From assembly GCA_965140585.1 (NCBI GenBank), contig OZ223264.1, positions 256,001 through 320,000 of the forward strand: a DNA stretch of 64,000 nt. The letters are read 5' to 3'. The notes below the pieces were generated by a model, which worked only from the letters and a program-made list of their open reading frames with translations, did no database searches and was not told where the DNA came from. The position numbers and the translations under genes are program-made. How positions within the stretch are numbered: the stretch's first letter is position 1; each line of letters opens with the position of its first letter. The DNA comes from Spirochaetia bacterium (lineage in GTDB: Bacteria; Spirochaetota; Spirochaetia; UBA9216). This document shows, in pieces, positions 1 through 9,140 of the stretch.

Positions 1-652
1 TTACCGGCTCATGGGGAGACATGATGAAGCTGAAGATCTTTTCCGGCAGACTATCAGTCTGTATGAGAAAACAATAGGCCGGGATCATTACCTGTATGCC
101 AGCAGTCTTAATAATCTTGGCCTTCTGTACCAAGATATGAAACGTTTTGATGAGGCTGTGATTCTGCATGAGGAAGCTCTTGAGATAATCAGGAGGCATG
201 AGGAACACAGAATTGCGTATGCAACAAGTCTTAACAACCTGTCCGGTGTGTACAGGCAGCTGAACAGACTTAAAGAGGCTGAAACTTCTGTTGTCGAAGC
301 ATTGCAGTGCTGCCGCAGTATTCTTGGTCCGGAACATCCGCTATATGCTGCAGGTCTTAATACTTATGCCGCCCTTTATTTTGAATTAAATAATTTTAAA
401 AAGGCGGAAGAGTGCTACATAGAGGCTGCAGGAATCTGCCGCAGACATTACGGAAAAGAGCAGTATGAATATCTTTCAGTTGTAGAAAACCTGTGCAGGC
501 TGTATGAGAGAACCGGAGATGATGAGAAAGCTCTGCCTTTGCTGCAGGAGCTTGTTTCCGGGTATGGAAAGATATTAGGTGGGGAACACAGGAAAACCCG
601 GGCTGCTGCTGCAGCTCTGGCAGCGCTTGAAAAAGAGTCTGAAACAAAATAA
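1..652 (+). CDS. Tetratricopeptide repeat protein (TPR_12/kinesin light chain-like), 5' end outside window
   Basis: Tandem 42-aa repeats such as 'YASSLNNLGLLY' and 'YATSLNNLSGVY'; frame is open to the window edge. Confidence 0.85.
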   Translation, partial: YRLMGRHDEAEDLFRQTISLYEKTIGRDHYLYASSLNNLGLLYQDMKRFDEAVILHEEALEIIRRHEEHRIAYATSLNNLSGVYRQLNRLKEAETSVVEALQCCRSILGPEHPLYAAGLNTYAALYFELNNFKKAEECYIEAAGICRRHYGKEQYEYLSVVENLCRLYERTGDDEKALPLLQELVSGYGKILGGEHRKTRAAAAALAALEKESETK

Positions 653-658
653 TCCTGC

Positions 659-701
659 GGGGAAAAACTCCCCGAAAAACTACAGCGGGGAAATTTTCCC
701 C
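659..701. promoter_or_regulatory. Tandem palindromic upstream activator sites for a sigma-54 activator
   Basis: GGGGAAAAACTCCCC (659-673) and GGGGAAATTTTCCCC (687-701), about 125-165 bp upstream of a -24/-12 promoter. Confidence 0.7.
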
Positions 702-822
702 ATGTTTGAACTCCAGCTTTATAAAATTGTTATCAAATCTCATGAAATTAAGGTGTTTTAGAGCAAAAATTCCCTTTTTTTGCTGAAATCATTTAATTAA
801 ACAGTCTATATAATTTTTTTCT

Positions 823-837
823 TGGCACGCTAATAGC
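823..837 (+). promoter_or_regulatory. Sigma-54 (-24/-12) promoter
   Basis: TGGCAC-GCTAA-TAGC with exact GG-N10-GC spacing; an NtrC-family regulator gene is linked. Confidence 0.8.
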
Positions 838-872
838 TTTAATGCATATAACCAAGATTAAAGGAGTATGCT

Positions 873-1472
873 ATGAAAAAGGCATTAGTGGTTTTAATTA
901 TGTTAAGTGTGGCTGCAGGTGTTTTTGCAACCGGAGCACAGGAGGCTGATGAGGATGGAATTGTCAGACTCGACCCCAGGGATGTCGCCAGAAACAGTGT
1001 GCTGGACGACTATGAAAAAGTTTCAGTAAAGGGCACAATAAAGTTTGAGAGTGTGGTGCCTGAACTGTCTGCCGGGGGAAAGGAATATGCTCTTACCGCA
1101 CCCGGAGCGAATATGCTTGCATCTTATCTTACAGAAGGTCAGAAGGTAACAGTCAACGGTTATATTGTTGATGAAGATTCCTTTTACGGTCCGCGCGGGA
1201 TGGGGCCTGGAATGATGAATTTTTTAAACCCGGAAGCTTTGAACAACGACATAACACTGTTGGTTGAGTCTGTCGAGATTGATGGACAGCTTTACATGCT
1301 GCCATGGGTTGAAGATGGTTTCGGAACAATGATGCAGGGAAGAAACTTTTCAGATGATTCCAGATTTGGAAATATGCGCGGCGGAACCAGTTCCAGAGGC
1401 GGTTTCTCAAGAAACAACAGCGGTTCATATAACCGACCGTACATGAACTCTGATTTCTGCCCCGTTTACTGA
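873..1472 (+). CDS. Exported protein, probable OB-fold, with Gly/Met-rich segments
   Basis: AAGGAG RBS; signal peptide ending 'FATGAQEA'; 'GPRGMGPGMM' and 'GTMMQG' motifs. Confidence 0.75.
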   Translation: MKKALVVLIMLSVAAGVFATGAQEADEDGIVRLDPRDVARNSVLDDYEKVSVKGTIKFESVVPELSAGGKEYALTAPGANMLASYLTEGQKVTVNGYIVDEDSFYGPRGMGPGMMNFLNPEALNNDITLLVESVEIDGQLYMLPWVEDGFGTMMQGRNFSDDSRFGNMRGGTSSRGGFSRNNSGSYNRPYMNSDFCPVY

Positions 1473-1489
1473 TTAAATAGGAAAATCTG

Positions 1490-1525
1490 AAGAAAGCCGG
1501 CAATTAGAATTGCTGGCTTTCTTTT
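1490..1525 (+). terminator. Intrinsic terminator
   Basis: AAGAAAGCCGGCAATT/AATTGCTGGCTTTCTT stem followed by T-run. Confidence 0.75.
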
Positions 1526-1540
1526 ATCCTTTATAGTATT

Positions 1541-2896
1541 GTGATAATAATGATGAACCGAAAGGGTCTAATTGCCATACCTTTTACCGCGCTTATCCTG
1601 CTTTTTACTGTTCTTATATTTCTTCTTATCGATCAGAAACAGAACAGTAATGCTATTATGCTCGAGTACCGGGCCTCAAGAACAATAAACCTGCTGATTG
1701 ATTTATATTTTCAGGAAGATATGCCCAGTCCGGATGAGATCGACAGTGATATCATCGGTTTTGGATTATATGGAATTGATGGAAAGCTGCTCTACCATTA
1801 TGGAACCGCGCCTCAGGATTTTACAGATCTGAACCGGCATGCCGATGTCTACCTCAAAGATTATCTTCCGGCACCCCAGCTTAGAAATATTGATCTTCAG
1901 GGCGGTAGGGTTCTGTTTAATGGCAATGAAAGTATTGCTGTGATCAGACCCCTGATTGGAGATCAGACAAACATGCCTATGGGTTCGATGATGCAGCAGA
2001 TGCCTCCAGCCATAACTGAGCGTGCCCGTGAGTTTCGCCGTCAGGGCGGTGGCATGCCTCAAATGGGAATGAATTCCCAGTTCAGAACTGCGGGTGCGGG
2101 AGTGTATCTCGAATACCGTAACGGAGCCTATTTAAAGCAGCGGAATCTTAATATAGCAATTGTCTCGTTGTCTCTTGCTGTTTTTGCAGTATCGGTGCTT
2201 TTAATTATTTCGTTATACCTTAAAAATAGAAAACTGGAACTTAAATCGGAAAAGGACCGGCAGCTCATTCAGCTTGGTGAGGCTGCCAGAGTTCTTGCTC
2301 ATGAAATCAGGAATCCGCTGGGAGTACTGAAGATACAGCGGGATCTGCTTGTAAAAAAGCTGGGTGAGGGCTACTCGGGAAATCTCGATGTGATAGACCG
2401 TGAACTGAAGCGGCTTAACACTCTGGTGGAGAAAGTCGGTGACTTTCTGAGAAATCCTGCAGGTACAGGGGCTGATATTGATGTTGGAAGCTATCTGAAC
2501 GGTTTATACGGTGACAGGGACAGCATCAATCTGAATGGAATAAACCCCGGAGAATGTTTTATAAGTTTCGATCCTGAACGCTTAAGAACGGTGTTTGACA
2601 ATGTAATTAACAACGCTGTAGAAAGCGGGGGAACAGCTGAACTTGATATTTTTTCTTCCGCCGATTCCGTTGCTGTTGAAATAAAAGATTACGGACGCGG
2701 ATTTTCTTCTGATAATCTGTCGATGGTTTTTGAACCTTTTTTTACAACCAAGACCAGCGGAATGGGGCTTGGACTTTCTGTTGTTAAGAAGTTTATGGAA
2801 GCTTCAGGAGGCCGGGTTATGATTGGTAATCATGAAGCAGGCGGATATGTGCGGCTTGAATTCCGCAGGGGACATGGTCCGGGGAGTACAGGATGA
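1541..2896 (+). CDS. Membrane sensor histidine kinase (ZraS/AtoS-like)
   Basis: Two TM segments; H-box 'LAHEIRNPL'; N, G1, F and G2 boxes ('FFTTKTSGMGLGL'). Confidence 0.92.
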   Translation: MIIMMNRKGLIAIPFTALILLFTVLIFLLIDQKQNSNAIMLEYRASRTINLLIDLYFQEDMPSPDEIDSDIIGFGLYGIDGKLLYHYGTAPQDFTDLNRHADVYLKDYLPAPQLRNIDLQGGRVLFNGNESIAVIRPLIGDQTNMPMGSMMQQMPPAITERAREFRRQGGGMPQMGMNSQFRTAGAGVYLEYRNGAYLKQRNLNIAIVSLSLAVFAVSVLLIISLYLKNRKLELKSEKDRQLIQLGEAARVLAHEIRNPLGVLKIQRDLLVKKLGEGYSGNLDVIDRELKRLNTLVEKVGDFLRNPAGTGADIDVGSYLNGLYGDRDSINLNGINPGECFISFDPERLRTVFDNVINNAVESGGTAELDIFSSADSVAVEIKDYGRGFSSDNLSMVFEPFFTTKTSGMGLGLSVVKKFMEASGGRVMIGNHEAGGYVRLEFRRGHGPGSTG

Positions 2897-4206
2897 GGGT
2901 TCTTGTTGCTGATGATGAAAAGGGGTTCAGGGAATCCATTGCCGAATACCTTGAACTTGAAGATATTGAGGTGGATGTAGCTGAAAACGGACTCTCTGCA
3001 ATCAGACGGCTTGAAGATGAAGAATTCGATACTGTTGTTCTTGACTTGAAGATGCCCGGAGCAGATGGGCTGGAAGTCCTGAAATGGATGAAGGAGAATA
3101 CTCCTGGTATACCGGCGCTGATGATATCAGCATTCGGTGAGGTTTCCGATGCTGTAGCCGCAATCAAGCTTGGTGCTGAAGACTATCTGGTAAAGCCCTT
3201 TGAAACTGAAGAACTGCTACTCAAAATACGAAAAGCCGGTGAAAAACGCAAGCTTCAGAGAGAAGTAGAATATCTGAGGAGTACCGGTGCCGTAAGGTTT
3301 AATCTGAAAAGCGGGAGTCCGGCTATGAAGCCGGTAATGGAGCTTGTTCATAAGGCGGCACCCTCTCCGGCAAATATCCTTATTACCGGTGAAAGCGGTA
3401 CAGGAAAAGAGGTTTTTGCCAGATACATACACAGCCTTTCCGGCCGGTCTTCTCAGCCCTTTGTTGCTGTTAATGTGGGAGGTGTTCCCGAAAGTCTTCT
3501 TGAGAGTGAGCTTTTCGGTTATGAGAAAGGAGCTTTTACCGGCGCGGACAGGATGAAAAGCGGACTATTTGAGACAGCATCAGGCGGAACTCTTTTTCTT
3601 GATGAAATAGGCGATATGCCCCTCCATTTGCAGGTAAAGCTGCTTCGGGCCATTCAGGAAAGAAAGATCCAGAGGCTGGGTGCTGTAAGGCAGATAAATC
3701 TTGATGTGCGTATAATTGCAGCTACAAATCGGGATCTTGAAAAATCTGTACAGGAAGGCCTTTTCCGTGAAGATCTTTTTTACAGGCTGAATGTTGTGCG
3801 TGTTCATCTGCCGCCTTTGAGAGAAAGAAAAGAGGATATTCCTGTTTTATGCGCCGGGTTTCTTAAGAATATCAATCATAAGATGGGCCGCAGTATTGAA
3901 GGACTTTCATCGGAGGCTATTGAGCTTTTAAATTCCTACCGTTTTCCGGGTAATATCAGGGAGCTTGAGAATATGCTGGAAAGGGCGGTTATTCTTGCCG
4001 GCGGAACTGAACTGACACCGGAGGACTTCAGTATTGCACCTTCGTCTGTGAAACATAAAGCTCAGGGGACTTTGAAAGATATAGAACGTCTGGCAATAAT
4101 TGATTCACTTGCCAGATGGGAAGGCAGAAAAACCAGAGTCGCAGAAGAACTTGGTATCGATCGAAAGACTCTTTTCAATAAGATAAAAGAATACGGTCTG
4201 GAATAA
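2893..4206 (+). CDS. Sigma-54-dependent response regulator (NtrC/AtoC/ZraR family)
   Basis: REC domain; Walker A GESGTGKE; GAFTGA loop; C-terminal Fis HTH; ATGA overlap with the kinase. Confidence 0.96.
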   Translation: MRVLVADDEKGFRESIAEYLELEDIEVDVAENGLSAIRRLEDEEFDTVVLDLKMPGADGLEVLKWMKENTPGIPALMISAFGEVSDAVAAIKLGAEDYLVKPFETEELLLKIRKAGEKRKLQREVEYLRSTGAVRFNLKSGSPAMKPVMELVHKAAPSPANILITGESGTGKEVFARYIHSLSGRSSQPFVAVNVGGVPESLLESELFGYEKGAFTGADRMKSGLFETASGGTLFLDEIGDMPLHLQVKLLRAIQERKIQRLGAVRQINLDVRIIAATNRDLEKSVQEGLFREDLFYRLNVVRVHLPPLRERKEDIPVLCAGFLKNINHKMGRSIEGLSSEAIELLNSYRFPGNIRELENMLERAVILAGGTELTPEDFSIAPSSVKHKAQGTLKDIERLAIIDSLARWEGRKTRVAEELGIDRKTLFNKIKEYGLE

Positions 4207-4273
4207 AAACAAAATTTGGATTACAGCCTCAGCTTTATTATTATATAATCATACATATATAGGAGATTCGTAA

Positions 4274-5617
4274 ATGAAGTATGTAATAATCGGTGGTGAT
4301 GCTGCAGGTATGAGTGCCGCATCAAGACTTAAAAGAAGAGAACCTGAATCCGAGGTTATTGTTTTCGAAAAGACGATGGATGTTTCGTACAGTGCCTGCG
4401 GAATGCCGTATAATATAGCAAAACCGGAAGCTGCAATTGAAAGGCTGGTTGTGAGATCTGCTGAGGCTTTCAGAGACTCGCAGGGAATAGATCTCAGAAC
4501 CGGTCATGAAGTTACGGCTATCAACCGGAAAGATAAGATTGTATCGGGGAAAAACCATGAATCAGGAGATTTTGAATGCAGCTATGACAAACTGCTGATT
4601 GCAACCGGAGCAAGGGCTGCAATGCTTCCTGTTGAAGGTATAGATCTTGAAGGAGTCTTCAAACTTAAAACCCTTCAGGATGCAAGGGATATTAAATCTT
4701 ATCTTGCGGACGTTGAGGTTAAGACAGCCGTTCTTATAGGAATGGGGTATATAGCTCTTGAGATGGCAGAAGCTCTGCATGCACGAGGTATAAAGGTTGT
4801 TATGGTTAAACGCCGCGAGGGCCTGCTTCCCTGGATGCTCCCTGAACTTTCGGATGTATTAAGAAAATCGCTTACAGAAAAGGGCGTCGAGCTTAATGAC
4901 GGATATCCTGTTGAAAAAATAAGCGGGGAGCGCGGCCGTCTGACAGTTCATGCAGGGGGAAAGTCTTTCAGCGGTGAGATGGTTCTTGTCGCGATCGGAG
5001 TGGTTCCTGAGGCCGAACTTGCGAAGGCTGCCGGTTTGGAACTTGGAGCAGAAGGTGCTGTTTCAATCAATAAGAATATGCAGACCTCGGATCCTGATAT
5101 TTATTCTGCCGGAGACTGTGCAGACTGTCTCAGCATTGTAACAGGAAAGAAGATCTGGCTTCCTCTTGCACTTACTGCAAACAGGGGTGGACGTCTTGCT
5201 GCCGACAATATAATGGGAGAGGATGCTCCTTTTAACGGAATTGCAGGCACTGCGGTTTTTAAGGTCTTTGACTACGAGGTGGCAAAAACCGGAATTACTG
5301 TGGAGCAGGCGAAGGCTGCCGGTTATGATCCGGTTTATAAAGCAATTGTAGCAAAATCAAAGGCTCATGTTTTTGAAGGTGCGGCTGCGATTCATGTGGC
5401 TGTGATTGCCGATAAAGCCAGCGGTAAGATGCTTGGGGCTCAGATGACCGGAACTGATGGTGTAGCCAGACGTATAAACGCTGCTGCTGTTGCGGTGCAG
5501 GCGGGCCTTTCGGTCGCTGAATTTTATGAATCAGACCTTGCCTATGCTCCCCCTTTCAGCCCGGTATGGGATCCGCTGCTTACCGCAGCAAGTATGCTGC
5601 TCAAGAAAAAAGGTTAA
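4274..5617 (+). CDS. CoA-disulfide reductase / NADH oxidase family flavoprotein
   Basis: GGDAAG FAD motif; single redox Cys in 'SYSACGMPY'; C-terminal 'LAYAPPFSPVWDP'. Confidence 0.9.
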   Translation: MKYVIIGGDAAGMSAASRLKRREPESEVIVFEKTMDVSYSACGMPYNIAKPEAAIERLVVRSAEAFRDSQGIDLRTGHEVTAINRKDKIVSGKNHESGDFECSYDKLLIATGARAAMLPVEGIDLEGVFKLKTLQDARDIKSYLADVEVKTAVLIGMGYIALEMAEALHARGIKVVMVKRREGLLPWMLPELSDVLRKSLTEKGVELNDGYPVEKISGERGRLTVHAGGKSFSGEMVLVAIGVVPEAELAKAAGLELGAEGAVSINKNMQTSDPDIYSAGDCADCLSIVTGKKIWLPLALTANRGGRLAADNIMGEDAPFNGIAGTAVFKVFDYEVAKTGITVEQAKAAGYDPVYKAIVAKSKAHVFEGAAAIHVAVIADKASGKMLGAQMTGTDGVARRINAAAVAVQAGLSVAEFYESDLAYAPPFSPVWDPLLTAASMLLKKKG

Positions 5618-5623
5618 AAACTA

Positions 5624-7129
5624 TTAAATGTTGAAGAACAGCGTTACCGATGTTTCATCCAGGAACAGCTGTCCCTGGAGCTGGTCGGTTAATGCTGTAA
5701 TGATAATGCCGGATTGATCATCCTCGATGATCTTCCGGCAGTGATTGAGAATGTTTCTTGACGTGCGGATTTTCAACTGGGCAATATTATCATTAAGTAA
5801 AAATGTTGTGGATACCGGGCTTGTTTCGCAGCTTAGTTCGTTCTGAATCTTGAGAATTATGGTCAGCAGTTCATTTATCAGCATCGAAACGGCAATGGCC
5901 ACATCTGTATCGAGGTATATATAATCACAGTGTACCTCTATCTTTTGTGCCCAGGGATTTGCTGAATAAGAACTTGTTAAGTGTTTGATAATATCATCCA
6001 GATATGTCTGCATCTTTATCTTGTTTTTACTGTCGATTTTAACCATATTCTGATAAACCAGTGACAGTGTGTAGATCTGAATCTGTATTTCATTCATTAC
6101 AGAGGCAGCCGTTGCATCCTCTGTTGATCCCTGTTTGAGCGAAATAAGACTTGAGAGCATCTGCAGCTTGTTGTTTATCAGATGCTGTACTTCCTGATGT
6201 GCCAGAGCCTTCTCTTCTTCTATGTTGTCTCCTGATGGTTCAAGGCAGTTCTCTTTATTCTTTACAGTGTTTCTTTCTCTGATTATCCCCGCTGATCCCA
6301 GATTCTCAAATCCCGAGTCATTATTCTCCCATGAATGTCCGACTGCCGCCAGTTCGCCGTAGGAGGTAAGAGATACCTCAATACCACCCCCAATAGGAGC
6401 CTTCCTTTTCAGTCTTATTTGAAGGTCCTTTGTCATCCTGGGGCCGGTTCTTCTTTCATCAAACAGCTTGGGGGCTCTGTCATGGCCGGTAACCCGTCCT
6501 CTGAGAATAGGGAGGACCATATCTCTTGATACTTTTGAGACGTCATCAACAAAAAGGATTTCGGAGAAGTGCTTTCCTATCAGTTCCTGAGGCTCCCAGC
6601 CAAGGATCCTTACGGCATTATTTATGAAAGTAAAATTTCCTTCAGAATTAAGCACATATATAATATCGGGAAGGGCCTGTACTAGATGCATGTACTGCTT
6701 TTCGGTATTCTGAAGAAAGTAATTCTGCCGTTCAAGGCTTTCCCTGATGTTCAGTACCTTTTTAACCATGCTCATCAGGTAGCTGGTAAAGCCCGGTGAT
6801 CCGTTTCTAAGTATGAAGGTACTCGATTCATCTGTTATAACGTCATCAACAGGAAACAGATCTTCGGAATCGATCATGAGGATAAATGGTGTCGGCCACA
6901 GGGTGAGCCAGTCTACGAGGCTTCCGTTCTGATAACTGTAATCAGTTATAATAAGGGCAATCGGATATGTTGTGGTCAGTTCATCGAGTTCTTTCAGGCT
7001 CCTGGGGGTGAAAATGCGGTAGGGGAGATGGTTCTTCTCGATATATTCCCGTACTTCGTCCTGTTCTTTTTCAATTGAAGTGGCTAGTATCAGGTTCCTT
7101 TTCTGTTTTGTATCATCTATTTCAAGCAT
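5624..7129 (-). CDS. PAS-domain protein with degenerate REC and HisKA_2/HATPase domains
   Basis: PAS 'LVQALPDIIYVLNSEGNFTFIN'; HisKA_2-like 'EVQHLINNKLQMLSSLI'; ATP-binding boxes not recognisable. Confidence 0.75.
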   Translation of the reverse strand: MLEIDDTKQKRNLILATSIEKEQDEVREYIEKNHLPYRIFTPRSLKELDELTTTYPIALIITDYSYQNGSLVDWLTLWPTPFILMIDSEDLFPVDDVITDESSTFILRNGSPGFTSYLMSMVKKVLNIRESLERQNYFLQNTEKQYMHLVQALPDIIYVLNSEGNFTFINNAVRILGWEPQELIGKHFSEILFVDDVSKVSRDMVLPILRGRVTGHDRAPKLFDERRTGPRMTKDLQIRLKRKAPIGGGIEVSLTSYGELAAVGHSWENNDSGFENLGSAGIIRERNTVKNKENCLEPSGDNIEEEKALAHQEVQHLINNKLQMLSSLISLKQGSTEDATAASVMNEIQIQIYTLSLVYQNMVKIDSKNKIKMQTYLDDIIKHLTSSYSANPWAQKIEVHCDYIYLDTDVAIAVSMLINELLTIILKIQNELSCETSPVSTTFLLNDNIAQLKIRTSRNILNHCRKIIEDDQSGIIITALTDQLQGQLFLDETSVTLFFNI

Positions 7130-7176
7130 TCTGCTTAAATTATCTACAATCAGGAACCCGATATCAATTTATTCAA

Positions 7177-8382
7177 TCAATAAATATAACTAATTCCTGT
7201 ACTTACTGCGATTCTGCTGTATGTTTCGCCGGCTTCTGCAGTGAGCGCCCTGTCCCTTTCCCAGCTGAAGGTATCATCTCCGTCACCGGCGTTACTCAAC
7301 AGGTAGGCGAAGAGGGTAAATCCTTCAAAAACATTCCATCCGACTCCTGCTGTTATTTCTGCTGAGAGGTCTGCAGGGGAGAATACTGATCTGGCTGATA
7401 TGCTTAGAGTATCGCTTGGTGCATACACGATTTCCGGGTAGAGATAGACACCGTAAGCAGGTGCATCAGAGCCTGTTTCCCAGGGGGTCTCTTCAAAGTC
7501 ACCAAAGGGAGAGTAGAGTCCTTCAAGCCGGAAAGTTACAGTACTTATTGAGTTTATCTGCTGCATGTAGAAGATTCCGCCGCTCAAACTGAGGTTGTCT
7601 TTAAAGCTTTCGGTAAGTTCATCGCCTTCAACATCGGAAGATACTGCACTTCCGGCCGTCAGGTACCAGTCGGTGAACAGATTTCCCTGAAAGGAGACGT
7701 AAAACCGGTGTGCAGCATCTGTACTGCTTCCGCTGTAAAGATACCCGGCTTCAGTTTTGATATCCAGTACCTTCGTGTATATTCTGCCTCCGGCGGAAGC
7801 TGCCGCAATATCGCCGTAACTTATTCCGGCAACCGCTCCGGACACAGGATTTGTTATGAGGGAAGTTTCCGGCGTCAGGGCGACAGCTTCAATGAACGAG
7901 AAGCGGCCCAGCGGGACATTGACTGCTGTAAGCCAGGTTGTTTCAGTTCTGAGTTCATCGGCAGTCAAATCGACCGAAGTTCCGGTACTGCCGAACAGAA
8001 GATCTCCGGAATTGAACATGAAACCCTCACCCCAGCTGAGCCGGGTTTTCCCGGCTGTTATTCTGAACAGGGGGAAGCGTGCCTTCACGTAAGCTTTGTC
8101 GAGTGTAACAATCGGAAGGCTGTAGCCGAGGGTTGCCGCAAGCTCAGGGTAGTTGAAACTGAACTGCAGTTCAGACTTAACGTTGCGGTTGCCTTCCGAT
8201 TCAAATGAAAAGCCTCCGGCTCCGCTTGTCATCCAGGCCCAGTAATAATCATCCTCTGCTGCCGTGTCAGGAGTTCTGAATATGAGGTTGTTCACAGCCA
8301 TATCCAGTGTAAGGCTGCCCTCGGCGAAGATTGCCGCGGGCAGTACTAATATCAGAATAATGAAAACTGTTTTTTTTACCAT
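7177..8382 (-). CDS. Probable outer-membrane beta-barrel protein
   Basis: Signal peptide; 'LDKAYV...ITAGKTRLSWG' barrel-like segment; C-terminal aromatic strand 'GISYIY'. Confidence 0.65.
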   Translation of the reverse strand: MVKKTVFIILILVLPAAIFAEGSLTLDMAVNNLIFRTPDTAAEDDYYWAWMTSGAGGFSFESEGNRNVKSELQFSFNYPELAATLGYSLPIVTLDKAYVKARFPLFRITAGKTRLSWGEGFMFNSGDLLFGSTGTSVDLTADELRTETTWLTAVNVPLGRFSFIEAVALTPETSLITNPVSGAVAGISYGDIAAASAGGRIYTKVLDIKTEAGYLYSGSSTDAAHRFYVSFQGNLFTDWYLTAGSAVSSDVEGDELTESFKDNLSLSGGIFYMQQINSISTVTFRLEGLYSPFGDFEETPWETGSDAPAYGVYLYPEIVYAPSDTLSISARSVFSPADLSAEITAGVGWNVFEGFTLFAYLLSNAGDGDDTFSWERDRALTAEAGETYSRIAVSTGISYIY

Positions 8383-9119
8383 GAAAGTTCATCCAGTGAA
8401 AAAAGAGCCTGGTCGATATCAACATTAATTCTTATATCGCTTATGCTCATTATCGTTTCTGAATCGCTTTTCATCTTGTCCGAGATTCTTGAGCTGGATA
8501 CTATTTCGCGGCCGCCGACAATTATTGTTTCAAGCACTTCCATTTCCTTGAGCAGACGGCCTGATTTTGTTGAATATTCTCCCTTTCTGACAATATAATT
8601 TGACTTGTCAATCCATATCTTTTCTTTGGGGTAGGGGACTGTCCGGGTTTTCGCCTCAAGGCTTAGAATCCAGCATTTGTGTCCGTTCAGGGTCTCTTCG
8701 CCGATAATAGAGGTTTCGTACTGGGACAGCCGGTCGTTTCCGCCTGTCATATCCTCATAGGAGATGTCAGAACCCATCATCGACTGTCTGAGTGCGGACC
8801 CCTGCATTCTGATTATTTCCTCAGCATCCGGGTAATAGAGATATATTGAATCTTCGGTCTTCAGAATCTTCTGTCCCCGCTCTGCTGTGCTTGTAAACTC
8901 AAGAAGGGTTTCATCTGCACCGTTGGACCAGGCGTTAAAGGTGCTGACCTTTGTTCCGAAGCGGTCCCTTACCTGAATTTCGCCGGACGATACTGAACTT
9001 TCAAATACCTGCCTCCGGTCGGATTCCGCCAGTATTTCATCAGCAGTCTGTGCATAGAGGGCTGAAGAACTTAAGATTATGAATATCAATATAAAAGGTT
9101 TAATAATATTTCTCATCAT
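8376..9119 (-). CDS. Outer membrane lipoprotein-sorting protein (LolA-like)
   Basis: Signal peptide; 'MMGSDISYEDM' motif; adjacent to LolC/E-like permeases. Confidence 0.85.
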   Translation of the reverse strand: MMRNIIKPFILIFIILSSSALYAQTADEILAESDRRQVFESSVSSGEIQVRDRFGTKVSTFNAWSNGADETLLEFTSTAERGQKILKTEDSIYLYYPDAEEIIRMQGSALRQSMMGSDISYEDMTGGNDRLSQYETSIIGEETLNGHKCWILSLEAKTRTVPYPKEKIWIDKSNYIVRKGEYSTKSGRLLKEMEVLETIIVGGREIVSSSRISDKMKSDSETIMSISDIRINVDIDQALFSLDELSW

Positions 9120-9140
9120 TTCCTCCTGTAAATAGAGTAT

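Noticed and set aside
579-761. 60-aa ORF after the TPR gene
   Set aside because: It overlaps the activator palindromes and has no recognisable RBS or protein features; the region is regulatory.
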